From contig CAYPBQ010000004.1 in the NCBI GenBank assembly GCA_964409035.1, positions 7,687 through 71,686 on the forward strand: a stretch of 64,000 nucleotides of DNA, given 5' to 3'. Below are positions 10,350 to 19,902 of this stretch, in pieces. Made by a program: the position numbers and the translations under genes. The DNA comes from an uncultured Candidatus Saccharibacteria bacterium (lineage in GTDB: Bacteria > Patescibacteriota > Minisyncoccia > Phycocordibacterales > UBA12088). The notes beneath the pieces were generated by a model that saw only the letters and a program-made list of their open reading frames with translations, was not told the DNA's origin and made no database searches. The first letter of the stretch is position 1. Every line of letters starts with the position of its first letter.

Positions 10350-11366
10350 ATGGATACCAAAAAAACATATTTCATTTCTGGGGTTGCCGGTTTCCTTGGG
10401 AGCCATTTAGCCGAACATCTTTTGAAAGAGGGTAATCGGGTTATTGGAAACGATACCCTCATTGGAGGATACCTCGATAATATCCCAGAAGGGGTTGAAT
10501 TTCATCAGGTAGACTGCCTCGACTTTGCCCGAATGAAGGAGCTCATGAAAGATGTTGATGTGGTGTATCACACAGCAGCGTACGCATATGAGGGATTGTC
10601 TGTTTTTTCACCTCATGTTGTTTGCGAAAATGTTTTTAGCGCTACTACCTCAGTGTTAAGCGCGGCAATCGCAAACAAGGTAAGACGGTTCGTATACTGT
10701 TCGAGTATGGCTCGCTACGGAGAACAACCGCAAACACCATTTACCGAGGATATGACACCTCGTCCGCAGGATCCTTACGCGATAGCTAAACTTGCCGCTG
10801 AAGACCAAGCTCGTCTTCTTGGCGCTATTCACGGCATGGAGGTGGTTATTGCCATTCCACATAACATCATTGGTCCTCGGCAGAAGTATGATGACCCGTA
10901 TAGAAATGTTGCCTCTATTATGATTAACCTCATGCTCCAGGGTAGGCAACCTGTTATATATGGGGATGGAAACCAGATGCGATGCTTCTCATTTGTTAAT
11001 GATGTTGTTGATCCATTAAAAAAGCTCGCCTACTTGCCTGAGGTTGTTGGTGAGTCCATCAATGTCGGACCTGATGAAGAGTTTGTGACGATCAATGATC
11101 TTGCAAGGGTTATCGCGGATCAACTCAACTTTACCCTAGAGCCAATCTACATGCCGGGGAGACCACAAGAGGTATTGAAGGCAACATGCAGCGCTGATAA
11201 GGCTCGAAGGCTCTTGGGTTATAAAACCACTACCACTCTTGAGGAAGGCATAGCCGAGATGATTGCGTACATACAGAGCCGTGGTCCAAAGCCTTTTAGC
11301 TACCACCTCAATCTTGAAATTGTAAACGACAAAACACCCAAGACGTGGAAAGACAAGATTTTCTAA
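10350..11366 (+). CDS. NAD-dependent epimerase/dehydratase (GalE-like extended SDR)
   Basis: SGVAGFLG, SSMARYG, PYAIAK, HNIIGPRQ. Confidence 0.9.
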   Translation: MDTKKTYFISGVAGFLGSHLAEHLLKEGNRVIGNDTLIGGYLDNIPEGVEFHQVDCLDFARMKELMKDVDVVYHTAAYAYEGLSVFSPHVVCENVFSATTSVLSAAIANKVRRFVYCSSMARYGEQPQTPFTEDMTPRPQDPYAIAKLAAEDQARLLGAIHGMEVVIAIPHNIIGPRQKYDDPYRNVASIMINLMLQGRQPVIYGDGNQMRCFSFVNDVVDPLKKLAYLPEVVGESINVGPDEEFVTINDLARVIADQLNFTLEPIYMPGRPQEVLKATCSADKARRLLGYKTTTTLEEGIAEMIAYIQSRGPKPFSYHLNLEIVNDKTPKTWKDKIF

Positions 11367-11377
11367 TATACTTCTAC

Positions 11378-12112
11378 ATGTATCAAGGAAAAAAGGTGAG
11401 TATAGTTTTTCCAGTTTATAACGAAAAGGAAAACATATATAACGCAATAATCGAATTTTCTTCACACTCGCACGTTGATGAAGTGATTGCTGTTGATAAT
11501 AACTCTTCAGATGGATCCGACGTTGAGATTAAGCGTACAAATGCTCGGTATATAAAAGAGACTCGACAAGGATACGGTGCCGCTCTAACGCGAGGTATGC
11601 GCGAGGCTACGGGAGACATCATCGTGACGGTAGAGCCGGATGGTACCTTTTTAGCAAAAGATCTCGATAAGCTTCTCGTATACAGCAGAGATTTTGGAGC
11701 GGTGATTGGCACACGTACTGTTCGAAGTCCGGTATGGTCGGGAGGCGATATGGGCGCTAACATGGGCTTTCATATGCGAATGGGAAATTGGATGGTAGCA
11801 AAACTACTTGAATACCTCTTTAATGGGCCATCATTTACCGACGTGGGTTGTACATTTAAGCTCATTCACAAAAGTGACTACGACAAACTCAAAGACACGC
11901 TCATGGTAACAGGGTCACACTTTTCTCCCCATCTTATGATGCGTATACTTCAGTTTAAGATTCCAGTAATAGAGGTACCTGTGCACTATCGCGCGCGCAT
12001 CGGCACTTCTAAGATTACTGGGAAATTAAGTAAGACAATACGACTAGCGTTGAGAATGATACGGCTCATTGTAGAGCAACGCTTAAAATCAGTACATGAT
12101 CCCATTTCATAA
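11378..12112 (+). CDS. GT2 glycosyltransferase (DPM synthase-like, polyprenol-phosphate acceptor)
   Basis: SIVFPVYNE, VDNNSSDGS, RQGYGAA, R.GTSKI. Confidence 0.88.
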   Translation: MYQGKKVSIVFPVYNEKENIYNAIIEFSSHSHVDEVIAVDNNSSDGSDVEIKRTNARYIKETRQGYGAALTRGMREATGDIIVTVEPDGTFLAKDLDKLLVYSRDFGAVIGTRTVRSPVWSGGDMGANMGFHMRMGNWMVAKLLEYLFNGPSFTDVGCTFKLIHKSDYDKLKDTLMVTGSHFSPHLMMRILQFKIPVIEVPVHYRARIGTSKITGKLSKTIRLALRMIRLIVEQRLKSVHDPIS

Positions 12113-13817
12113 GGTGATTGATTGGGTACAAGGCGCGCGTATACCGCTACTTATCCTGCCTTTTTTGGTAGGTTTCTATGCTGTGGTGACACGACTTATG
12201 GGGGTAGGGCAGTTGTACCATCAGGACGAGCATCGTTGGGCCATCGCGGTAAATGGCTCGTATGGCGTTTGGGACGCTATTCCGCACCCGATATTCTCAA
12301 AGCTTATATACATGGGGATTGGTGCCATAACTGGCTACGATTACTTGAGAGTTGTACCCCTCATACTGAGCCTTCTTACGCTCACCCTTATAATGGTTGT
12401 CGCGCAGCGTGCATACGGCACGCTCACCTCGCTCATTGCTGGGTTATTGTATGCTACTACTACCTACGCACTTATTGGATCGTTGCAGATAGATATTGAT
12501 GGAGCGTTTCTTCCATTCTTCACTATTCTCTCTATTGGCGCCTATCTGGAATGGCAACGCGCCACAGCTAAAAAAACAACATACGGAGCTTTGGGCGTTC
12601 TGCTTTTAGCTATAGTGCTAGGGCTTATGACAAAGCTCAGCTTTGTGCTCGTTCCGGCAGCCATAGGTGTTGACGCGCTTCTTCGGTATCAAAAGGTACG
12701 AGATGTGCTTATGAGTGTCCGCATCATGCTGCCACTTGTTCTGTTCGGAGTACTCGGTGCTTTTTTTGTATGGACGTATTGGGGTGATACACGAGCATTT
12801 TCATACATAGAACACTTTGTCGCTTTTAGCGGGCGCGACTATACACAGGTCTTATTCCAACTTGCTAAGGTGCTCTTCTATACGTCGCTTTTCATCCCTC
12901 TACTCATTGTCCTGGGGCTTCAGCATGTTCGACAACTATCAGTATGGTATCTATTTCTTGCCGCGAACATACTCTTTTATTTCGTTATATTTGATTTTAC
13001 CCACCGCACATTCGATAGGTATCTCATGTTTATCATTGTGCCAGGTGTCATCATTGCGGCCTACGTACTCAGCAGGGTGTATGCAGCAATGACGAATAAG
13101 GCAAGACAGGTTATGGTATACAGCTTTTGCATTGTCGGAGTAATCGCGACAAGTATAACGCACATTGTTTTTTCTTCAGCACACACACTTCTTGCGCTTA
13201 CCCCAAAGAGTAAATTTATTGAGGCATTGAAAACATTTGAGTGGAATATCCTTTTTCCGCTCTCTGGAGGATCCGGCCCCATTGGATTCTATTTGCCGCT
13301 TGATGGAATGCTGTACCTAGTCCTTGCCTCGTTCTTTTTTGGTGTCTTGTTTATCCTTGATCACTTAATAAAGAAGCAGGGAAGTGTTGCCCCCTTACTC
13401 CTCGGTGCGTTTATTGCTACTACGGCAGTACACAATGGCTTTGTTACCTTTGAATACCTAACCGGCGGCTACTATGGAAATACAACAAAAGTAGCTACGA
13501 CGATACTATCTGCGTTACCTGACGGAACAAAAGAAGTAAGGACGTATAATGATATTGCCGCATACGAGTTGTATGAGAGGGGTGTGTACGCTGGACGCTT
13601 CTACCCACATGAAGCATTCTTTGAAGCAAATGAAAAAAGACTCAAAGCATATATTGGTCTTTACATGATTGTCGACATGCCGCACCTTAATCCGGACCAA
13701 CTGTTTGGTAGATTTTTTTCAGCATGCAGCGTTGTCGCAACCACTTCAGACAAGTACATAGAAGGAAAATTGGTTTTTTGTGATGAACGGGCGCGACGCA
13801 TGTTTGAAAATAATTAA
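12096..13817 (+). CDS. GT-C (PMT/ArnT-like) membrane glycosyltransferase
   Basis: HQDE acidic motif after the first TM, HP motif, many TMs, DRYL. Confidence 0.7.
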   Translation: MIPFHKVIDWVQGARIPLLILPFLVGFYAVVTRLMGVGQLYHQDEHRWAIAVNGSYGVWDAIPHPIFSKLIYMGIGAITGYDYLRVVPLILSLLTLTLIMVVAQRAYGTLTSLIAGLLYATTTYALIGSLQIDIDGAFLPFFTILSIGAYLEWQRATAKKTTYGALGVLLLAIVLGLMTKLSFVLVPAAIGVDALLRYQKVRDVLMSVRIMLPLVLFGVLGAFFVWTYWGDTRAFSYIEHFVAFSGRDYTQVLFQLAKVLFYTSLFIPLLIVLGLQHVRQLSVWYLFLAANILFYFVIFDFTHRTFDRYLMFIIVPGVIIAAYVLSRVYAAMTNKARQVMVYSFCIVGVIATSITHIVFSSAHTLLALTPKSKFIEALKTFEWNILFPLSGGSGPIGFYLPLDGMLYLVLASFFFGVLFILDHLIKKQGSVAPLLLGAFIATTAVHNGFVTFEYLTGGYYGNTTKVATTILSALPDGTKEVRTYNDIAAYELYERGVYAGRFYPHEAFFEANEKRLKAYIGLYMIVDMPHLNPDQLFGRFFSACSVVATTSDKYIEGKLVFCDERARRMFENN

Positions 13818-13867
13818 ACATAGCCCTCGTTGAGGCTTCGTGGCTAAAATGCTACAATCCTCGGTAC

Positions 13868-14494
13868 ATGACATGGCGTCTCTCAATTTTACGCTCGGAA
13901 CAGTATAAGGCGCTTCAACGCATTACCTTTATGGGTAAAGTGCTCGACCTTGGTGGAACCAAAGATGCCGTCTATCACCGGATGATAAACGGTTCTGGAA
14001 CTTTTTTGGTTGGAAACATTTCCCCAGCGTCAAACCCAGACATACTTTTCGATGCTCAAAAACCTTTTCCGCTAGAAAATGAATCGTTCGACAACATCGT
14101 GTGTCTCAATGTGCTTGAGCATGTATATGACTACAAGCCACTCCTCACTGAGTCATACAGAGTGCTAAAGAGTAGTGGAAGTATGGTTGCCTCTACGCCA
14201 TTTATGTATAGACTACACGGGTCACCTGATGATTTTTTTAGGTATACACCTTCTGCGTTAAAAAAAGCATTCACTGATGCTGGATTTAGAGAGGTTGTAG
14301 TAACCAATCTAGGCAAAGGCCCTTTTTCAATTTTTTGGCAGAGTGTATGCGGCGCTGTTCCCACAGTATTTCTGAGGACATTTTTTCAAGCTGTATTTGT
14401 TGGTATAGATACCGTGTTATCTATACTGAGTAGTCGGTATAAGCGAAACGCTGAACACTTACCGCTCGGGCTATTTGTTGTCGCTAAAAAATAA
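13868..14494 (+). CDS. Class I SAM-dependent methyltransferase
   Basis: VLDLGG, FDNIVCLNVLEHV, HGSPDDFFRYT. Confidence 0.85.
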   Translation: MTWRLSILRSEQYKALQRITFMGKVLDLGGTKDAVYHRMINGSGTFLVGNISPASNPDILFDAQKPFPLENESFDNIVCLNVLEHVYDYKPLLTESYRVLKSSGSMVASTPFMYRLHGSPDDFFRYTPSALKKAFTDAGFREVVVTNLGKGPFSIFWQSVCGAVPTVFLRTFFQAVFVGIDTVLSILSSRYKRNAEHLPLGLFVVAKK

Positions 14495-14500
14495 TCTTGT

Positions 14501-16192
14501 ATGCGTACGCACTATTTATTCAAGGCTGAGGGGGGCGCAGTAAAGGCGGAAAAGGGAATGCTCAGTGAGTACACGAGTGGAGAGGTAACTATATATTCAC
14601 ACGGACTTTCTGATGCCGTGATTAAAGAAATACTCCATTCGTATAAGTCTGAAGGCCTTATACCGTACGTAGATTCACTCACGATAAGTACCTTTTTGTG
14701 TATTATCTCTGATACACAGAAGGGAACCATCATTGTCATTAACGATAAATTCGGGAATAACGAAATATATTATCTCAAAACAAAAACTGGATTTTATCTC
14801 TCTGATTCACTGTCGGCTCTATTTGACTCTGCTAATATTACGCCTGAGGTTGATGTAGTTTCTGCGTATGAGCTCCTTTCATTTTTTACTATTCTTCCAC
14901 CTCGTACAATATATAAAGAGGCACAAGCAGTACCTGTGGGGAGTATGCTCACTCATTCATCAGAGGAAACCACATGCGTACGGTACTGGAACCTTGAGAA
15001 GAGGCTTTCAGATAAAGCAACAGACTATGAAGCACACGTTAATGCGTACCGGAAGATCTTTCATGACACAATCAAGCAAAGCGCTGATGGCAAGGTAGCT
15101 GTGGCGCTTTCGGGTGGTATTGATTCGGGTGGTATTCTTGGGGTCCTTACAGATATAAAAAAGTCTCCAGTACCGAGTATCTCGGTGGGAGCACAAGGTC
15201 CTAATAGTCATGATCTTGTAAGTGCCCGAAAGACCGTAGCCCATTTTGCATCTCCCAATGTTGAGTTGTACCCTGAGGCAAAATCATTCCTCTCACTTCT
15301 TGCATTTGTTGCGAAGAATATACAACAACCAATTAGTGTTGAAATGATACTTTCATGTTCGCCTGTATATAAGAAAGCAAAAGAGATGGGATATGAAAAG
15401 CTTTACTTTGGCTACGGCACGCAGCTACTGCTTGGCAACTTAAAGTCTGCACAATTTGAATACGCAACTCGTCTTTATGAGAAGTATCTTCCAAGAATTA
15501 TCCTCAATCCCTTATACTTACTCTATGCAAAGTACAAGGGTTTTTCAGAAACTAGAGTGGCGTACTTACTTGCTTCATCATGGCGGGAGCGTTTTGGATA
15601 TGCAAAGGGGGCACTCTACACAAGAGAAAAGCATTTATTTAAGGCACTCCCACAAAACTTTTTTGATGAGGTAACAGCGCACATCGCTCCTATCGAGGCG
15701 AGCTCGATTGCCCGAAGTGACGCTTTTGTCATTATGGAGATAACAAGTTGGATTGAATGCCAACAACAAAAAGATGGTCACGCAATCGCGCGAGTGTTTG
15801 AGATGGAGTCAATTGCTCCGTGGAATACTCCAACGGTTGCAGAAATCATGTTCCGTACATCAGATGAGATGCGACGACGCAATAAGTGGCAAAAGCAACT
15901 CATTCGGGACATGCTTAAACCATTTGTGCCTGAGCACCTCTACACAAGAGGGGGGAATTCACTCCTTGTTCCGTACACAACTCTGTTTGAAGAATATCGT
16001 CCTGTGCTGATTGCATACCTGAAGGGGAACAAGCTTATACAAAAACTTATTGATATGGATAGGTACGAAAAGGATTACAACACCCTTCCTGAGCCTGGGC
16101 TTAGTCTATTGCGTCTTACGAGCCTTGCGCTATGGTATGACGGCAAGCATGATAAAAATCATTTAGAAGAATTTGAGTCTCAAATAAAGTAA
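14501..16192 (+). CDS. Asparagine-synthetase (AsnB)-like amidotransferase
   Basis: DKFG..IYY Ntn remnant and ALSGGIDSG PP-loop. No N-terminal catalytic Cys. Confidence 0.75.
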   Translation: MRTHYLFKAEGGAVKAEKGMLSEYTSGEVTIYSHGLSDAVIKEILHSYKSEGLIPYVDSLTISTFLCIISDTQKGTIIVINDKFGNNEIYYLKTKTGFYLSDSLSALFDSANITPEVDVVSAYELLSFFTILPPRTIYKEAQAVPVGSMLTHSSEETTCVRYWNLEKRLSDKATDYEAHVNAYRKIFHDTIKQSADGKVAVALSGGIDSGGILGVLTDIKKSPVPSISVGAQGPNSHDLVSARKTVAHFASPNVELYPEAKSFLSLLAFVAKNIQQPISVEMILSCSPVYKKAKEMGYEKLYFGYGTQLLLGNLKSAQFEYATRLYEKYLPRIILNPLYLLYAKYKGFSETRVAYLLASSWRERFGYAKGALYTREKHLFKALPQNFFDEVTAHIAPIEASSIARSDAFVIMEITSWIECQQQKDGHAIARVFEMESIAPWNTPTVAEIMFRTSDEMRRRNKWQKQLIRDMLKPFVPEHLYTRGGNSLLVPYTTLFEEYRPVLIAYLKGNKLIQKLIDMDRYEKDYNTLPEPGLSLLRLTSLALWYDGKHDKNHLEEFESQIK

Positions 16193-16194
16193 AA

Positions 16195-16226
16195 CCCCAA
16201 GTTCGTAATTTTGCACGAACTTGGGG
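16195..16226. terminator. Hairpin between convergent genes (probable terminator)
   Basis: CCCCAAGTTCGT-8nt-ACGAACTTGGGG, preceded by AAAA (U-tract on the minus strand). Confidence 0.55.
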
Positions 16227-16242
16227 GAAGGCCCCCTAGGGG

Positions 16243-17082
16243 CTAAAGATACGGTTCGGCAGAGTCTCCCATCACTCCTATCATTTTGGTGTAACCCATT
16301 GTTTGGGCTACTCTTTCCATTGCGGCATAGACTCCGCCTCCTTGACGTCCGACAGAGATCCCTTGCTCGTATAGCCATCTCATTCTCGAGTCCGCCTCTT
16401 CCCATGTTATTGGTATTCCTGTGAGGCCAATTTCCTCGATTTCCACTATGAAGGGGGTTCTCAAGTCAACACTTCGAAGATAAGTTCCAGTTATCCCTCT
16501 TTTTTGAGGGTCCCCATTCACTGTGTACAGGATGTTGGCTCTATAACCAGTATCTTCTAGTGCTCTTCTTATACCAGCACAAGTTGCTCCACTTCCTGCG
16601 GAGCATACAATGCAGTCGTATTGCTGTAGGGAATTGAAAATTTCCCTTGCGGTAATTTGCTGATGTGCCAGTACTGCACGTGGATCATTTAGTTGATCAA
16701 CGTAGTAGTACTCTCCTGCGCTTTCTTTAACCATATTTAGCGCATGGTTGTGGCTCTCCAGTGTGCAGGTGCCGCATTGTATGATGTTAGCACCAAACTC
16801 TCGAAGCTTTGAAAGCTTCAAAGGCGGGATTTTTTCGTTTACAACGACGGTACACCTGATACGTTTCTCTGCGCAGTAGAGGGCTACTGCGCAAGCAAAG
16901 CTGCCGCTCGAAGCACACCAAATATGTTTGTGCCTTACCCTTCTCAGCTCATCATCAAGAATGAACCTAGCTGGTTTTGCCTTTACTGCGCCATAAGGAT
17001 CATGTCCTCCCTCAAGTTTTGCAAACAATTGTAAGCTGCTTCTTGAGGGAAGCCTGACAATCGGAGGTGTCTTGGTTGCCAC
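16243..17082 (-). CDS. Divergent PLP-dependent cysteine synthase/fold-type-II family protein
   Basis: TPPIVRL, AKLEG..PYGAVK (PLP Lys), SSGS, DQLNDP, SAGSGAT. Confidence 0.7.
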   Translation of the reverse strand: MATKTPPIVRLPSRSSLQLFAKLEGGHDPYGAVKAKPARFILDDELRRVRHKHIWCASSGSFACAVALYCAEKRIRCTVVVNEKIPPLKLSKLREFGANIIQCGTCTLESHNHALNMVKESAGEYYYVDQLNDPRAVLAHQQITAREIFNSLQQYDCIVCSAGSGATCAGIRRALEDTGYRANILYTVNGDPQKRGITGTYLRSVDLRTPFIVEIEEIGLTGIPITWEEADSRMRWLYEQGISVGRQGGGVYAAMERVAQTMGYTKMIGVMGDSAEPYL

Positions 17083-17199
17083 TGAAGTTCTCCTCGGGAC
17101 ACCGTGCCCATTTGTTAAACAAAATGTGATAACAGTTAGTTACAGGAGTAATTAACTGTCCACATTGCCACAGGCACTATGCCATTTTCTTTCAAAAAA

Positions 17200-18438
17200 T
17201 CAACCCAATGCTTGTATTTTCGATTGAATGAGGTTTTTTGTGAATGTTACATCGCCAATGTCTAATGATGCGGTAACCAATTTCTCCATATCCTCAGGTG
17301 CTATATCTAGTAGGTCTTGAAGCAGGTCATACCATAGAGATTCTTGCATGTGGTACAAGAACCGTTTTTGATCATTTCCAAAATATGCGGTGATGGCTGT
17401 GTTAGATAGGCTGATATCCCACAACACATCTATGATGTGTAGTGATAAGAGATCATCCGTATCTGCGCATCTTCCACCAAGGGATGTAGCATCCTTAAAA
17501 AAGCTAAATGCCGGTATGTTAAAAATAGAATCAAAAGCTATAAGAGCATGTTGCCAGTACAAATTCTCGTCGTATACATTTGGAGTCGTAAAGTGAGCAA
17601 ATGAATCTCGGTGATTGCGTATGACACTAACTAGTTTAGTGCCTATTGGTTCTGATGCATTCGTGTTTGAACTTTCAGCTACAAATTTACCAGCATAGAT
17701 GACCTCAAAGTAGTAATGAAGAAATACTGTAGCGCGAGTAAGAAGTGGGGCAGTGGCTGACACATTCTTATCAGCAGTGAAAAAAGTGATTACCCCAGCT
17801 TCCTTGCTATGACTCACGCGCCAAGGCTTGAGTGTCCTCCCTGCATTATTAAGAGTTTGCGAATATTGCTGCATATCTAAGACTTGCAGGGCTAGTTCTC
17901 TGTCTTCAAAATCAGCAGCAGTACAAGCGCTAAGTGATGATTGGTACGCATGTTGCCACGCATCATCTTCCGTGTGCCTTGTTGCAGAAAGTATCATTCT
18001 AAGTGAAAGTTTTTTACTTAAGTTCTCTATGTTGTCAGCATGGTGAAGCTTTAAAAGAGCATGCGGAGGATTTGCTACAAGCAATCTCTTAATTGCAGTA
18101 TCAGTGAGGTACTTGGTGGCTATGGGGTTGTGTGGAATAGAGTCGAGCAATGAATGCCCAAATGTTAGAAGCGCATCAGCACTGGAAGGATCAACCAATG
18201 GAAATATATTTTTTAGTGTGCGCTCTATTTCTTCAATTAAAGCAATCATTTTGTTGTGAGCACACGCCGATGCGTCAGATGAAGAAATGTCGCATCCTAA
18301 TGCGACTACCTTCTCGCGAAACTGCTTTTGATTCTTATCAGAGAGAATCTGTAATTTTTCGTGTGTATTTGGGAGCACTTCAAGAAGATGGCTACACTCA
18401 TCATTAAGTATGTGCTGTAGGTGGGGAATTGATTTCAT
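17200..18438 (-). CDS. Hypothetical protein
   Basis: 412-aa open frame, no recognisable motif. Confidence 0.65.
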   Translation of the reverse strand: MKSIPHLQHILNDECSHLLEVLPNTHEKLQILSDKNQKQFREKVVALGCDISSSDASACAHNKMIALIEEIERTLKNIFPLVDPSSADALLTFGHSLLDSIPHNPIATKYLTDTAIKRLLVANPPHALLKLHHADNIENLSKKLSLRMILSATRHTEDDAWQHAYQSSLSACTAADFEDRELALQVLDMQQYSQTLNNAGRTLKPWRVSHSKEAGVITFFTADKNVSATAPLLTRATVFLHYYFEVIYAGKFVAESSNTNASEPIGTKLVSVIRNHRDSFAHFTTPNVYDENLYWQHALIAFDSIFNIPAFSFFKDATSLGGRCADTDDLLSLHIIDVLWDISLSNTAITAYFGNDQKRFLYHMQESLWYDLLQDLLDIAPEDMEKLVTASLDIGDVTFTKNLIQSKIQALG

Positions 18439-18566
18439 ATTTGTCGTAACGGTATGCTAGAAACGCTTTTTAATTATAGTTTTTCCATGGTATCACCACT
18501 TGAAGACGCGTACACTACCCAGCAAAAATTGGAATAATAAATACACTGTTACTGCTTTGGTCTGCG

Positions 18567-19844
18567 TTAATTTGGTGTAGTAAATATCTTGTTTAAATAT
18601 ATCGAGCCTAGCCCAGCTTGTAGGATGCGCGCACCGATGCGGGCGACAATCGCACCCATGATGCCAAAGAAGGCAATACCAATAACCAGTGAACAGATTT
18701 GAATCACTGACCCAGTGATTTGTAGTGTGTATAGCTCCCTTACTTTTTTGTGTGCTTTTAGAATGGTATTTGGGATAGACATAAGCGCCCCAAGTATGGT
18801 GAGTGAGAGTAGTTGAGTGTAGGGGATACTCGCAAGATATTGTGGAAAGAGTAGTGCAAATATATATGGAGCAAGTAGGGCATAGATGCCAGCAATGGCA
18901 AGGAGGAATACACCAAAAAGCATCATTCGAGCATAGATAGTGCGTCCTATCTCATTGATTGAACGTTCTGCAAACTTTGGCAGCGCAACAGTGCTTATCG
19001 TGCGCGTCATGTTGCGTATGTAGTCGGGAAATAGGGTAGCAAAGGTGTATATCGCAAGCTCAATCGGTCCTAAAAAGTAGAATACTAAGACCTTGTCTAT
19101 GTGGTTGGTGATTACATAAAAACCATTTATGTAACTAAGGTGTTTGCCGTACTCGATGGTGTCTGTGTGTGTTGCGCCATCAACTAATACCTCGTGGTAC
19201 TTGTTTACGACAAACATAAGCATTATCGCGTGTGCTGCGGTATAAAACGCAAAGTATGCAATCACCAGCGAGAGTAGCTCTGTGGAGTAAAACAAGGCGC
19301 TCACAACACCTAGGGTGCCGGCAATATGCGCAAGCGTGACATACATACTTGTTCGCTTGAAATCCTTTTTTCCACTTAGGTACGATGAGTACATCTGTAC
19401 AGGCTCAAATAGAGGGAGGAATACCGCAGCGACAACTAACGCAAGTGCTAGTTCAGTATGTTGCTCTACTACATAGTAATAGATGGCAATACCTAATGCG
19501 GCAACTGATGCAAGGACACCCCAACGCATGCGAACCATAAGGCTATATGCAAAAACTCCTCTTTCATTAAGCGCGACCGCTCTTACAACTGATGTTGCAA
19601 GACCTGGTAGGGTAAGAGCACCCAATACACCAGCAACAGAGAGAATGAATCGATAGTTACCAAAGACTTCAGGAGGAATGAGGTTGGCAAATGCATAGGA
19701 TAGAATGAGCCCTGATGCACCAGTAATCAGTTGCCCGAAAGTAATCCAAAACCCTCCACCCAGGAGGTATTTCATGTCGGTTTTGGTGTACCGCTCGGAT
19801 TTTTTCAGTATGACAAGAAGGCGGTTTTTTAGGGATGTGAGCAT
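18567..19844 (-). CDS. Wzx/MOP-family oligosaccharide flippase
   Basis: About 12 TMs, FGNYRF, IDKVLVFYFLGPIELAIYTFA, FFGIMGAIVA. Confidence 0.85.
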   Translation of the reverse strand: MLTSLKNRLLVILKKSERYTKTDMKYLLGGGFWITFGQLITGASGLILSYAFANLIPPEVFGNYRFILSVAGVLGALTLPGLATSVVRAVALNERGVFAYSLMVRMRWGVLASVAALGIAIYYYVVEQHTELALALVVAAVFLPLFEPVQMYSSYLSGKKDFKRTSMYVTLAHIAGTLGVVSALFYSTELLSLVIAYFAFYTAAHAIMLMFVVNKYHEVLVDGATHTDTIEYGKHLSYINGFYVITNHIDKVLVFYFLGPIELAIYTFATLFPDYIRNMTRTISTVALPKFAERSINEIGRTIYARMMLFGVFLLAIAGIYALLAPYIFALLFPQYLASIPYTQLLSLTILGALMSIPNTILKAHKKVRELYTLQITGSVIQICSLVIGIAFFGIMGAIVARIGARILQAGLGSIYLNKIFTTPN

Positions 19845-19902
19845 GTACAGTATTGTAACTCTCGATTCGCAATAGGGATACTGCCGTGGTATAGTTTTTC
19901 CA

